DNA of 64,000 nucleotides from Desulfuromonadaceae bacterium (lineage in GTDB: Bacteria > Desulfobacterota > Desulfuromonadia > Desulfuromonadales > Syntrophotaleaceae). The stretch covers positions 7,846 through 71,845 of the forward strand of contig SLLR01000012.1 in assembly GCA_007134025.1 (NCBI GenBank). Reading direction: 5' to 3'. How positions within the stretch are numbered: the stretch's first letter is position 1; each line of letters opens with the position of its first letter. This document shows positions 8,945 to 18,395 of this stretch, piece by piece. Made by a program: the position numbers and the translations under genes. Under the pieces are notes generated by a model. The model did not search any database, had not been told where the DNA came from, and worked only from the letters and a program-made list of their open reading frames with translations.

Positions 8945-11314
8945 GTGGCGATAGCCTCAGGGAAGGCGCTTTTGAAACGCTTGCTTACCCGTTCAACCCC
9001 CTCGGGAAAAACCCCCGGAAGGCGCTCTTCAGGCAAATCGCCGCGCCGTTCTTTCGCTAAAAAAATTCTATTGGCCGGCCTGCTGTTCGCCGTGCTGCTG
9101 GCGAGCGGCTACATTCTGCACCTGGATTTCGTGATTCGGGAGCGATTCGAAGGGCGTCGTTTCGCGTTGCCGGCGCGGGTCTATGCCCGGCCGCTGGAAC
9201 TCTACCCGGGCTTGAAGCTGACCGCCGCGGAACTGGTGAAAGAGCTGCAACTGCTCGGCTACCGGGAGAATCCCTCCCCGCGGGAACCGGGCAGCTACCG
9301 CTGGCGTGAATCGCGCGTCACCCTGATGACCCGTGCCTTTGTTTTTGGTGACGGCATGCAGCCGCCGGTTGCCCTGCAGGCGGATTTTGCCGGGGGACGG
9401 GTGGAGCGGCTTCAGCCGCTCGGCGGCAGCGAGGATCTGGCCCTGCTCAGGCTCGATCCGGCCCTTATCGGTGGCATCTACCCCGGCAACAACGAGGATC
9501 GGGTTCTGGTGCGCCTCAGTGAAGTGCCGCAGCGGGTAGTTGACGCCCTCATCGCAGTGGAAGATGTCCGTTTCCACAGTCACCGGGGCGTCGACCCCCG
9601 GGGCATTGCCCGCGCTCTGGTGATGACTCTCAGCGGGCGAAGCCTGCAGGGGGGCAGCACCCTGACCCAGCAGCTGGTCAAGAACTTCTTTCTCAGCTCC
9701 GAGCGCACCTTGCGCCGCAAGCTGAACGAGATGATCATGGCCCTGCTTCTCGAGGTGCATTACAGCAAGGAAGAGATTCTCGAAACCTATCTCAATGAAG
9801 TGTACTTCGGCCAGGACGGCAACCGCGCCATTCATGGCTTCGGTCTGGCCAGTGCCCATTTTTTCGACAAACCGCTGATGCAGGTGGATTTGTCCGAAGC
9901 GGCCCTGCTGGTGGGCATGCTCAAGGGGCCCAGCTATTACAGCCCCCGCCGTCATCCCGAGCGCGCTCTGGGGCGGCGTAACCTGGTGCTGGCCGCCATG
10001 GCCGAGGCGGGAGTCATTACCGATCAGCAGCAGCTGGCGACTCGCATCCTGCCCCTCGGGGTGGTGCAAAGGCCGCCACGGGGCACGTCGCCCTACCCGG
10101 CGTTTCTGAACCTGGTGCACCGCCAGCTGCGGGAGAACTACCGGGATCAGGACCTGCGATCAGAAGGCCTGCAGATCTTTACCACCCTCGACCCCTGGGT
10201 GCAGCAGGCCGCGGAGCAGGCACTGGTCAGGCGACTGGAGCAGCTGGAACGGAACCGGGGCCTGCCGGCAGACAGTCTGCAGGGTGCGGTGCTGGTCAGC
10301 GACGCCCGCAATGGCGAAGTGCAGGCGGTGGTGGGCGGCCGGAATCCCCGCTACGAGGGATTCAATCGGGCGCTGGATGCCCGGCGTCCCGTCGGCTCCC
10401 TGATCAAGCCGGCGATCTTTCTTGCTGCCCTGCAACCGCCGCACCGCTACACCCTGGCCAGCCTGCTGGACGACAGTCCGCTGCTATTGCAGCAACCGGG
10501 CACCGAGGACTGGCAGCCGCAGAATTACGACAAGGAGTTCCACGGTTCGGTCCCCCTGTACCGTGCGCTGGCACAATCCTACAACGTCTCAACCGCCCGC
10601 CTCGGTCTGGAACTTGGCATCGCCCAGGTGCAGGAGAACCTGCGCCGTCTCGGCGTGGAACCGGAACGCCCCGGTTACGCCGCCAGCCTGCTGGGCACCG
10701 ATGCCTATTCTGTTCTGGAAATGGCTCAACTTTACCAGACCCTGGCCGGTGGATTCCGGATTCCGCCACGGGCGATTCGGGAAGTGCTGACCTTTGACGG
10801 CAGGCCCCTGCAGCGTTACCCGCTGGCGGTGGAACAGGTGATCGACGCTCCTACCAGCTATCTGTTGACCACGGCCCTGCAACGGGTGGTCACCGAGGGT
10901 ACGGGACGGAGTTTGAGCCGCTATCTTCCGGAAGGGCTGGGTGCCGCCGGCAAAACCGGCACCACCGATGCCCTGCGTGACAGCTGGTTTGCCGGTTTTA
11001 CCGGCAGCCGCGTAGCCGTGGTGTGGCTCGGCCGGGACGACAACCAGCCCGCCGGTCTCACCGGCGCAGAGGGCGCCCTGACCGTCTGGGGTCAACTCAT
11101 GGCTGCCCTGGAACAGGAGCCTTTGCTGCCCGTGGTGCCCGAGGGCATCGAGAATGTCTGGATCGAAGTCAGTTCCGGGCGGCGCAGTGCCGCAGCTTGT
11201 CCCGACGTCATCAAGCTGCCCTTTGTCGTCGGTACGGCTCCGGCAGAGATGGCGCCCTGCGCCGCGCCTCGGGAAAAGGGTGCCGTGAGGCGCTGGTTTG
11301 AAAGGATTTTTTGA
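8945..11314 (+). CDS. mrcB: Penicillin-binding protein 1B (bifunctional glycosyltransferase/transpeptidase)
   Basis: 789 aa with an N-terminal TM segment and a UB2H-like region. Contains the GT motif EDVRFHSHRGVD and the TP motifs SLIKP (SxxK), SYN and KTGTT. Confidence 0.9.
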   Translation: MAIASGKALLKRLLTRSTPSGKTPGRRSSGKSPRRSFAKKILLAGLLFAVLLASGYILHLDFVIRERFEGRRFALPARVYARPLELYPGLKLTAAELVKELQLLGYRENPSPREPGSYRWRESRVTLMTRAFVFGDGMQPPVALQADFAGGRVERLQPLGGSEDLALLRLDPALIGGIYPGNNEDRVLVRLSEVPQRVVDALIAVEDVRFHSHRGVDPRGIARALVMTLSGRSLQGGSTLTQQLVKNFFLSSERTLRRKLNEMIMALLLEVHYSKEEILETYLNEVYFGQDGNRAIHGFGLASAHFFDKPLMQVDLSEAALLVGMLKGPSYYSPRRHPERALGRRNLVLAAMAEAGVITDQQQLATRILPLGVVQRPPRGTSPYPAFLNLVHRQLRENYRDQDLRSEGLQIFTTLDPWVQQAAEQALVRRLEQLERNRGLPADSLQGAVLVSDARNGEVQAVVGGRNPRYEGFNRALDARRPVGSLIKPAIFLAALQPPHRYTLASLLDDSPLLLQQPGTEDWQPQNYDKEFHGSVPLYRALAQSYNVSTARLGLELGIAQVQENLRRLGVEPERPGYAASLLGTDAYSVLEMAQLYQTLAGGFRIPPRAIREVLTFDGRPLQRYPLAVEQVIDAPTSYLLTTALQRVVTEGTGRSLSRYLPEGLGAAGKTGTTDALRDSWFAGFTGSRVAVVWLGRDDNQPAGLTGAEGALTVWGQLMAALEQEPLLPVVPEGIENVWIEVSSGRRSAAACPDVIKLPFVVGTAPAEMAPCAAPREKGAVRRWFERIF

Positions 11315-11757
11315 TGAGAAAGCTGCTGATTCGTACTTTGCTTGTGGTACTGGCCGGGCTGTTCACCGGCTGTGCGGTGCGGCCCCCGGTGGCGCCGCCC
11401 CCGAAGGTGCCGGAAGTCGAGGCGGAACCTGTAGGCCCGGCGGCGGCACCGCTGCTGCACACTGCACGTCAGCTGGCCTCGGCCGGCGACCTGGAGCCAG
11501 CCGGCGCCCAACTGGAGCGGGCGTTACGCATTGAGCCGCGCAATCCTCTGCTGTGGCAGGAACTGGCCCGCATACGTCTCGGTCAGAGGCTGTACCGGCA
11601 GGCCGAGGGGCTGGCGGCCCGATCCAACAGCCTGGCTGCCGGACAACCGCAACTGCGACGGGAAAACTGGCGCATCATCGGCCGGGCGCGCAACGCTCTG
11701 GGCGACCACCAAGGGGCCAGGGAGGCTTTTGACCGGGCCGGGCAAGAGCAGCCCTGA
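11314..11757 (+). CDS. TPR-repeat outer-membrane lipoprotein, LpoP-like candidate PBP1b activator
   Basis: MRKLLIRTLLVVLAGLFTGC gives a signal peptide plus lipobox. TPR-like repeats follow. The start overlaps the mrcB stop (TGATG). Confidence 0.6.
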   Translation: MRKLLIRTLLVVLAGLFTGCAVRPPVAPPPKVPEVEAEPVGPAAAPLLHTARQLASAGDLEPAGAQLERALRIEPRNPLLWQELARIRLGQRLYRQAEGLAARSNSLAAGQPQLRRENWRIIGRARNALGDHQGAREAFDRAGQEQP

Positions 11758-11841
11758 AGTGCCGAAAAGCCGTTTTTCTCAAAGCCGGCGGAAAGGTTTC
11801 CGGCAAATTTTGAAAAAGGACAACTTGAACAACCCTGCGGG

Positions 11842-12075
11842 TTAAAAAGGTGGGGTTTCCTGCCAGCTGTGCAGGTGGCCAAGGGGCATTTCCCAGCCTT
11901 CAAGGTGATCGAGGCGCCGCAGCGCTGCTTTGAATTCCAGAAAGGCCGTATCGACTTCCCCAGGGTGGACGGGGAGGTCAAAAGGACCGGCCAGGCACCG
12001 CTCCAGGGCGCGGGAGGCGTTAGCCAGATTCTCAAGGGCCGACAGGCGATCCTGACCGATGACATTGGTGGGCAT
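11842..12075 (-). CDS. Hypothetical protein (77 aa)
   Basis: ORF with AAGGAG 10 nt upstream of the ATG. I recognise no family. Confidence 0.45.
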   Translation of the reverse strand: MPTNVIGQDRLSALENLANASRALERCLAGPFDLPVHPGEVDTAFLEFKAALRRLDHLEGWEMPLGHLHSWQETPPF

Positions 12076-12472
12076 AGAGAGGAAGCTCCTTGGGTGCAGG
12101 TTGCGGAAGATTCTCGCGGCTCGCCTTCGAAGTATAAGACAGGATCAGGGATAATTACAAGAGTCCCGGTCGGGAATGAAGAAGGCTTTGAAAAGCCCGC
12201 CACTACCTGCATCCCCAGGGGGGTTTCAAAAGAAAGTCAGGGAGTCTCGCGGCGCATAAAAAATACTTGCTTTTATCACAAAGCGCGTGATAGAAGGGAG
12301 AGCAATAGTTTCAGGCTGTGTAGTTTTCCGTCGCCAAACGGGTTGATCGTCAGTCCGTTTTGTGAGTCGCGCAGACCCTTTGCGGTTGGCGCGGATCTTT
12401 TTGGAGCAAGCGGAAATAACGCTCGGCAATCAACATGTTCCCAGCAGGGAACCAAAGGAAAGAAGATTAAAG

Positions 12473-12673
12473 ATGGTACAAGGAACTGTAAAGTGGTTTA
12501 ATGACGCCAAAGGATTCGGTTTTATCGAGCAGGACAACGGCCCCGACGTTTTCGTGCACTTCTCCGCCATTCAGGGTGATGGCTTCAAGTCTCTGGCCGA
12601 AGGTGATCGGGTAGAATTTGAAGTGACCGAAGGCCAGAAAGGCCCTCAGTCCGCAAACGTCCGTAAGATCTAA
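12473..12673 (+). CDS. cspA: Cold-shock protein, CspA family
   Basis: [20 protein letters not shown]...VFVHF contains the RNP1 and RNP2 motifs. 66 aa. Start trimmed to ATG 12473, after AAAGGAAAGAAG. Confidence 0.93.
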   Translation: MVQGTVKWFNDAKGFGFIEQDNGPDVFVHFSAIQGDGFKSLAEGDRVEFEVTEGQKGPQSANVRKI

Positions 12674-12741
12674 TAGCGGCCGATCCGGCTTTTTATTTAG
12701 ATCACAGCAAAAAAGTTGTCGCCTTAAAGGTGACCGAATCA

Positions 12742-12781
12742 ACGACAAAGCACCGCTTCGCAAGAAGCGGGGCTTTGTCGT
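12742..12781. terminator. Long GC-rich hairpin between convergent cspA and DUF3343/nadA genes (putative bidirectional terminator)
   Basis: ACGACAAAGC...GCTTTGTCGT outer stem with inner stem CCGCTTC-GCAA-GAAGCGG. The U-tracts are poor on both strands. Confidence 0.4.
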
Positions 12782-12801
12782 TCTGTGTCCATGGTTTGCC
12801 T

Positions 12802-13065
12802 TTATCCTTCCTTTTTCAGTTTGCGAAAACCGGTTTCCTCCCGAATAAACAGATCCGCCGGTCTTAAACCAGCCGCGCTCAGCAGGCGGTCAATGGTTGC
12901 CGCCAGTTCGGGATCGTAGCTGATGGCCAGGCCGCAGGCCGAACTCAGTTCTCGGGGAGCGGGCAGCAGGGTAAAAGGAACCTGCTCTTGTTTGAGGAGT
13001 TTTTCCGCCGCAAGCACCCGATGGGTCGACTGGAAGAGAGCGACATAGTGCTGTTCCCGAATCAT
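12802..13065 (-). CDS. DUF3343-like small protein (putative S/Se carrier-like)
   Basis: 87 aa. The pattern ALFQSTHRVLAAEKLLK...LLPAPRELSSACGLAI is typical of DUF3343. Lies 8 nt downstream of nadA. Confidence 0.65.
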   Translation of the reverse strand: MIREQHYVALFQSTHRVLAAEKLLKQEQVPFTLLPAPRELSSACGLAISYDPELAATIDRLLSAAGLRPADLFIREETGFRKLKKEG

Positions 13066-13073
13066 GGTGAATC

Positions 13074-13991
13074 TCAGTCCCGGGGCACGGCCAGCATACG
13101 GTCAAGGGCAAGGCGGGCCCGGGAGCGGATGGGCTCCTGTACGGTAATGACCGGACTGAGGTTGGCCAGACTGGCGTAAAGGTCCTCCAGGGAAATCAGT
13201 TTCATGTTGGGACAGATCAGCGCCGGGCTGGCCAGGATAAATTCCTTGTCCGGATTTTCCTTGCCCAGTCGGTAGAGAATGCCCATTTCCGTGCCGATGA
13301 TAAACTTTTTGGCCGGGGAGGTTTGTGCATAGGCGTACATGCCGCTGGTCGAGCAGATATGGTCGGCTAGTTTCAGTACCTCGGGATGGCACTCGGGGTG
13401 CGCCATAAACAGGGCATCAGGGTGCTCCGCTCGAATACGGCGCACCTCATCGGCCCGCAGATTTTCGTGAGACGGACAGAAGCCGTCCCAGAAGTGGAAG
13501 GTTTTTTCCGGCAAAAAGGAGGCCACGTAGCGACCCAGGTTGCGGTCCGGAGCGAAGATGATTTCTTGCGCTTCGAGAGAGCGCACCACTTTGACGGCGT
13601 TGGCGCTGGTGCAGCAGATGTCGGTTTCGGCTTTGGTTGCAGCGGTGCTGTTGACATAAGTCACCACGGCGGCTTCGGGAAAGCGTTGTTTCATCTGTTT
13701 GAGGCCGGTGGCGGTTATCATGTCCGCCATGGGGCAGCCGGCGTCTTCCCGTGGTAGCAGGACGGTTTTGTCCGGAGCAAGAATCGCGGCACTTTCGGCC
13801 ATGAAATGAACGCCGCAGAAAACGATCACGTCTTTTTCCGTGCGGGCCGCCTCCAGGGAAAGTCCCAGGGAGTCCCCGGTGATGTCGGCGATCTCCTGAA
13901 TCTCGTCCCGTTGATAGTTGTGGGCCAGGATCAGGGCGTTGCGCTCGAAGGCCAGTTGGCGAATCTGTTGTTTGAGAGAATCCTGTGTCAT
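13074..13991 (-). CDS. nadA: Quinolinate synthase
   Basis: 305 aa with [23 protein letters not shown] and other NadA-typical segments. Confidence 0.92.
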   Translation of the reverse strand: MTQDSLKQQIRQLAFERNALILAHNYQRDEIQEIADITGDSLGLSLEAARTEKDVIVFCGVHFMAESAAILAPDKTVLLPREDAGCPMADMITATGLKQMKQRFPEAAVVTYVNSTAATKAETDICCTSANAVKVVRSLEAQEIIFAPDRNLGRYVASFLPEKTFHFWDGFCPSHENLRADEVRRIRAEHPDALFMAHPECHPEVLKLADHICSTSGMYAYAQTSPAKKFIIGTEMGILYRLGKENPDKEFILASPALICPNMKLISLEDLYASLANLSPVITVQEPIRSRARLALDRMLAVPRD

Positions 13992-14155
13992 CCCGTATCG
14001 GCTCCTTTAGGCGGCCAGCGTGGGTTGGCTGGGGTTAGTGTATTTAGTTGCTGTGCTAATTTAAAGGTGAGTATTTCTATTTACTATCAAATTTGTCAAG
14101 TATTAAATGGTTTGAAAGTCTCTTGAAGAGGCTTGCCCAGCCTTTTCATGGCGAT

Positions 14156-14184
14156 TGTCTGCGGCGATAAAGCCCTGTATACTC
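14156..14184 (+). promoter_or_regulatory. Sigma-70-type promoter upstream of the 106-aa ORF
   Basis: TTGTCT, 17 nt spacer, TATACT. Confidence 0.4.
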
Positions 14185-14297
14185 CAGACAATTGTTGTTT
14201 TGAGAATACCTGGCCGGGATTTTTCTGCCTGCCGAGTCCGAATGGAAAGGCCAACGGCACAAAATAACGGACAGGGAACCAGAAAGGGAAGCTTGAA

Positions 14298-14618
14298 ATG
14301 AATATATCGGATCGCTATCGAGAGCTGACGGACGAGGTGCGTCGGCTCTCGATGACACCGTTAAAAGACTCTGGGGAGATTCTGACCAAAGCCTGGCAGA
14401 TCGTCGACCGGGCGGCGCAGGAACTGGAGGAACTGGAGGAGACGGTCGGGGATATTCCTCAGCTGCAGCTTGAAGCCAAACTGACCCCGGTACTGCTCAA
14501 GAGCCACAGTCTGCTGGACCGTGCGCGAATGCTGCTGGAGGAACAGGGAGCCGAAGATCAGGCGGCCATTGTCTGGGAATTGGAGCAGCGGATCTATCGT
14601 CTGCTGAATGCTCTGTAG
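14298..14618 (+). CDS. Hypothetical coiled-coil protein (106 aa)
   Basis: ORF with a purine-rich RBS (AGGGAAG). Acidic and helical composition. No family recognised. Confidence 0.5.
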   Translation: MNISDRYRELTDEVRRLSMTPLKDSGEILTKAWQIVDRAAQELEELEETVGDIPQLQLEAKLTPVLLKSHSLLDRARMLLEEQGAEDQAAIVWELEQRIYRLLNAL

Positions 14619-14775
14619 CGGCAGCAAGGCCGGAAAGGTTTTGATAAGCTGTTAGAATGAATACCAGAAGCAAAAAAAACGGCGGCTGGCTGATCGGCAG
14701 GTTATTAAACCAGGGGTTTGTCGTGCGGTCTGCAGATCTTTTGACAGGCTCCTATCCAGAAAAGGAGGCGATGAC

Positions 14776-14964
14776 ATGACGCTGGGCAAAGCCTGGTTCA
14801 CTCCGCAGGAAGCGGCGTCCATGTTCGGTGTTGAAGTGAGTTTGATCCTGAAATGGGTCGATGAGGGACTGGTGCGCAGCGAGAGCACCGACGGCAGGGT
14901 CACACACATCAACATCGACGATTTGAAGCTGGAGGTCGAGGCCTTTGTCAAGAAGGGCGGGTAG
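14776..14964 (+). CDS. Small helix-turn-helix DNA-binding protein (excisionase/MerR-like HTH)
   Basis: 62 aa. FTPQEAASMFGVEVSLILKWVDEGLV has an HTH pattern. AAGGAGG lies 7 nt upstream. Confidence 0.65.
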   Translation: MTLGKAWFTPQEAASMFGVEVSLILKWVDEGLVRSESTDGRVTHINIDDLKLEVEAFVKKGG

Positions 14965-15045
14965 GATTGTCCACACGGGCCGGCGAAGAACGGCTGCAGT
15001 GCACTCCGGTGGCGCCCGCAATCACAGCGGGCGCCACCAATCGTT

Positions 15046-16113
15046 TCAGGCGATGCGGCGCCCGCCGATTTTCAGCAGCATGCTGTGGGCCCGACGCAGC
15101 AGGCGCTCGGTGGTCGCCCAGCCGATGCACTTGTCGGTAATGGAGATCCCGTAGTGCAGGGATTCGAAATCTCCCTTGAGGGGCTGGCTGCCTTCACCCA
15201 GATTGCTTTCTACCATCAACGAGTTGATGGAGCGGTTGCCGCGGGCGAGCTGTTCCAGAACGTTGTCGAGGACTTCCTCCTGGCGGTTGTGGTCTTTGTA
15301 CGAGTTGGCGTGGCTACAGTCGACCATGATGGAGGGCTGCAGACCGTTCTGAGCCAGCAGGGTTTCGGCACAGGCAATGCTTTCAGGGTCGTAGTTGGGT
15401 CTTCCCGATCCGCCGCGCAACACCATGTGGCCGTCGGGGTTGCCGCAGGTTTCGACGATGGCGGTGCGGCCTTCCCGATCAATGCCGAGAAAGTTGTGGG
15501 AATGGGTCGCGGCGGCGATGGCGTCAACGGCAATCTGCAGGTTGCCGTCAGTGCCGTTCTTGAAACCGACGGGAAACGAGAGGCCGCTGGCCATTTCCCG
15601 ATGGGGCTGGGACTCGGTGGTACGGGCGCCGATGGCGCCCCAGCTGACCATGTCGGACAGGTACTGGACGGTTATGGGATCCAGCATTTCGCAGGCGACG
15701 GGCAGACCCAGTGAGGTTACCGTACAGAGCAGGTTGCGGGCCACCCCGAGCCCTTTGGATATCTGGTGAGAGCCGTTGAGATCGGGGTCGTTGATCAGCC
15801 CTTTCCAGCCGATGGTGGTACGGGGCTTTTCAAAATAAACGCGCATGACCAGCAACAGCTGATCGGACAGTTCCCGGTTCAAGAGGGCAAGGCGGCGGGC
15901 ATAGTCAACGGCGGCCTGGGGGTCGTGAATGGAGCAGGGGCCAACCACCACCATCAGGCGGCGATCCCGGTTATGAATGATGTCCTTGATCTGCTGACGG
16001 ACCTCGGTAACAAACTCGGCCGCCCGTTCCGACAGGGGAAAGACCTGTTTCAGGTCGGTCGGAGCGATGATCGGCGTCATGGAACGGACATTCAGATTGG
16101 TGGTGCGCTTCAT
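15046..16113 (-). CDS. aroG: 3-deoxy-7-phosphoheptulonate (DAHP) synthase, class I
   Basis: VVGPCSIHDP and KPRTTIGWKGLINDP motifs. Start trimmed to ATG 16113, with GAGG 6 nt upstream. Confidence 0.9.
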   Translation of the reverse strand: MKRTTNLNVRSMTPIIAPTDLKQVFPLSERAAEFVTEVRQQIKDIIHNRDRRLMVVVGPCSIHDPQAAVDYARRLALLNRELSDQLLLVMRVYFEKPRTTIGWKGLINDPDLNGSHQISKGLGVARNLLCTVTSLGLPVACEMLDPITVQYLSDMVSWGAIGARTTESQPHREMASGLSFPVGFKNGTDGNLQIAVDAIAAATHSHNFLGIDREGRTAIVETCGNPDGHMVLRGGSGRPNYDPESIACAETLLAQNGLQPSIMVDCSHANSYKDHNRQEEVLDNVLEQLARGNRSINSLMVESNLGEGSQPLKGDFESLHYGISITDKCIGWATTERLLRRAHSMLLKIGGRRIA

Positions 16114-16175
16114 GGAAGACCTCATTTTTTTCGACAGATGGCACAAGGCCGGTTGCGAGAACGGGACAAACCAAC

Positions 16176-16204
16176 ATTATGTCGATTTTTCAGGGAAAAG
16201 TCAA
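16176..16204 (-). promoter_or_regulatory. Sigma-70-type promoter for the DAHP synthase gene
   Basis: On the minus strand: TTGACT, 17 nt spacer, CATAAT. Confidence 0.5.
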
Positions 16205-16237
16205 AAGCTTGGGGCTTTTTTCAGGAGTTGAAAGGGT

Positions 16238-16267
16238 TTGACAGCGTGTCGCGCCCTTGGGTATAAG
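16238..16267 (+). promoter_or_regulatory. Sigma-70-type promoter for yggT-divIVA-yggU
   Basis: TTGACA, 18 nt spacer, TATAAG. Confidence 0.5.
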
Positions 16268-16374
16268 GGGAGGGGCGACGGGCGACGGGACAACCGCCGG
16301 GCAGGGTCGGTTTTCCGTCACCTTTCGTTAGACAGACACGCAGGACGTATTTTGTCGGGAAAGGACAGACGGCC

Positions 16375-16662
16375 GTGTTTATTCTCAATGATCTGGTCAT
16401 CGTAATGGGGCAGATGGTGCAGATGCTGCTCCAGGTGTATATTTTTCTGGTTATTGCCCGGGCGGTGATTTCCTGGGTGGGGCCCGATCCGTACAATCCT
16501 ATTGTGCGTTTTCTGTATAGCGCTACCGAACCGGTTCTGCAGCGGATTCGTCGTGTTCTGCCTTTGCAGTTCAGCGGTGTCGACCTGTCGCCCCTGGCAT
16601 TGCTGTTCGGTCTTTACTTTATTCAGCGTTTGATCCAGCGGCTACTGATGCATCTTGGCTGA
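16375..16662 (+). CDS. yggT: YggT family membrane protein
   Basis: 95 aa with GTG start. LLQVYIFLVIARAVISWV...PIVRFLYSATEPVL is typical of YggT/Ycf19. Confidence 0.8.
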   Translation: MFILNDLVIVMGQMVQMLLQVYIFLVIARAVISWVGPDPYNPIVRFLYSATEPVLQRIRRVLPLQFSGVDLSPLALLFGLYFIQRLIQRLLMHLG

Positions 16663-16672
16663 GGAGCCTGTC

Positions 16673-17215
16673 ATGACCATTTCTCCCATAGATATTCAGC
16701 AGCACCAGTTCAAGACCCGCCTCGCCGGTTATGAGAAGACCGGTGTCGATCACTATCTGGAGTTGATTGCCGAAGAACTGGAGCGCTATCATCGCCAGGT
16801 TCAGGAACTCAAAGAGGAACTCACCCATAGCCGAACGGCGCTGCAGGAACTGCGGCAACGAGAATCCACGGTTCGGGAAACCCTGATGACCGCCCGGCAG
16901 GTGGCCGACGAGATCAACACCAATGCCCGCAAGGAGGCCGAGATGTGCCTCGCCGAGGCGGAAATGGAGGCGGAGCGAATCGTTGCGGAAGCTCATGCCC
17001 GGCGTTCCCGCCTGCTGAACGAGATTCAGGAAATCCGCCGACAGAAGGTTGCCTTTGAATCAGGCCTGAGGGGGATCATTGAAGGACATCTGCGGATTCT
17101 GGATCTCGACGTCCTGGGCCTGGAAGAACCCTCTTTTGCAGGGGAGTCGGTGACCGAAATCGAGGCACCGTCTTTGAAACAGGGTTCCGATTCCGAAGGC
17201 ACTGCCGAGCGATGA
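16673..17215 (+). CDS. DivIVA domain-containing protein
   Basis: MTISPIDIQQHQFKTRLAGYEKTGVDHYL is the DivIVA N-terminal signature, followed by a coiled coil. Start trimmed to ATG 16673, after GAGGAG. Confidence 0.85.
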   Translation: MTISPIDIQQHQFKTRLAGYEKTGVDHYLELIAEELERYHRQVQELKEELTHSRTALQELRQRESTVRETLMTARQVADEINTNARKEAEMCLAEAEMEAERIVAEAHARRSRLLNEIQEIRRQKVAFESGLRGIIEGHLRILDLDVLGLEEPSFAGESVTEIEAPSLKQGSDSEGTAER

Positions 17216-17502
17216 GTCCGTACCTGCAGGACCGGGAGGATGGTGTGCTTGTTGCCGTCTATGTTCAGCCCAAGGCCAGCCGCAATGAACTGACCGGGCT
17301 GCAGGGGGATGAGTTGAAAGTCCGTCTCACCTCGCCGCCCGTCGAGGGGGCAGCCAACAGTTTGTGCTGTACATTTCTGGCCCAGCGTCTCGGGGTAGCC
17401 AAAAGCCGGGTCAGTCTGATCGCCGGGCACAAGTCCCGCCACAAAAAACTCTTCGTCCAAGGCGTCGCCTCGCCCCAGGTTCGCAGTCTTCTCAAGCTCT
17501 GA
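17212..17502 (+). CDS. yggU: DUF167 (YggU) family protein
   Basis: VYVQPKASRNEL...VRLTSPPVEGAANSL pattern. ATGA overlap with the divIVA stop. Confidence 0.85.
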   Translation: MSPYLQDREDGVLVAVYVQPKASRNELTGLQGDELKVRLTSPPVEGAANSLCCTFLAQRLGVAKSRVSLIAGHKSRHKKLFVQGVASPQVRSLLKL

Positions 17503-17640
17503 TTATTTCTTCTGAAGCTTCTTTTTTCTGCCCATCGCGCTCCCCGTGACACTTTTTCGCCGGGATGCGTTTGCCGCCTTCCCGTATTCGGGCTAAACTC
17601 TGAAAAAATGACGCGACAGCGCCGCATCCCAGGAGTAATC

Positions 17641-17901
17641 ATGAAAGACAATGTCGTTGCCGTCGACCGTTTTGCCCGCTATGTGCGGGAGATCCGTGAC
17701 CTGAAAAGCCGCAACGCCGCCCTGGAAGAACATAACAGGGACCTTGCCCGTCGCCTGGAGGGGCTGCATGGCGAATACCTCGAGCTGCGTTACGCCATGA
17801 AAGGAATGAGCTCTCAGGCCGAGGTTCTGCTGCTGCGAAAAAAGATCTTTGAACTGCAGCAGGAACTGCGGCTCAGCGGACTCAAGCCCCAAAGGCACTG
17901 A
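17641..17901 (+). CDS. Hypothetical coiled-coil protein (86 aa)
   Basis: ORF 17608..17901 trimmed to ATG 17641, 6 nt after AGGAG. Heptad-rich sequence. Confidence 0.5.
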   Translation: MKDNVVAVDRFARYVREIRDLKSRNAALEEHNRDLARRLEGLHGEYLELRYAMKGMSSQAEVLLLRKKIFELQQELRLSGLKPQRH

Positions 17902-17915
17902 ACAGGACAACAGAA

Positions 17916-18392
17916 TCAGGGGTTGAGGCTGGAGAAGGCCGCCAGGGGAATGACCCCTTCTTCGCGAAAACGCAGGGTACGGGTCAGGACGCCGAAGCCG
18001 GCCAGGGTTATTTCGCCGTCGACGATAAAGGGGATGTCCTGCTGCCCCGGTTGCTGGCGCCCGATGCGCAGCAGGTTGAGATAACTGCTGGACAGGCGCA
18101 GACTCAGGCTGCCGCTTTCCCCCGCGCCGATGCGGACCCCGGAGGCGCTGCGGCCCTGAGCCACTTCAATGCCCCGCAGGCTCAGGGAATAGGCGGCCCG
18201 CTCGATGGTCAGCGGAAAGCTGTTGGGGTTGTACAGGCCAAGATCGACACTCATGATGGCGTGACTCAGGGTGAGGTTTTCCAGCTGCAGGGCCAGCAGG
18301 CTGATTTCCGGAGGTTCCGGTTGGACCCGGGCGCAGGCGCCGAGAGAGAGCAGCAGAAGACCGAACAGGCAGGCCCGGGCAAGACGTTTCAT
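17916..18392 (-). CDS. LEA type 2 / WHy-domain lipoprotein
   Basis: MKRLARACLFGLLLLSLGAC gives a lipobox. LYNPNSFPL and the strand pattern are typical of LEA_2. Lies 3 nt downstream of the DUF362 gene. Confidence 0.7.
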   Translation of the reverse strand: MKRLARACLFGLLLLSLGACARVQPEPPEISLLALQLENLTLSHAIMSVDLGLYNPNSFPLTIERAAYSLSLRGIEVAQGRSASGVRIGAGESGSLSLRLSSSYLNLLRIGRQQPGQQDIPFIVDGEITLAGFGVLTRTLRFREEGVIPLAAFSSLNP

Positions 18393-18395
18393 GAT

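Noticed and set aside
12677-12695. Short hairpin GCCG-ATC-CGGC plus T5 right after the cspA stop, considered as the cspA terminator
   Set aside because: The stem is only 4 bp, too weak to call. The larger hairpin at 12742-12781 is reported instead, with low confidence.
16137-16154. TGGCAC…TTGC on the plus strand near the DAHP synthase start, considered as a sigma-54 promoter
   Set aside because: The spacing is TGGCAC-N8-TTGC (GG to GC offset 14-15 rather than 12). It also points into the yggT upstream region, where a good sigma-70 promoter exists.
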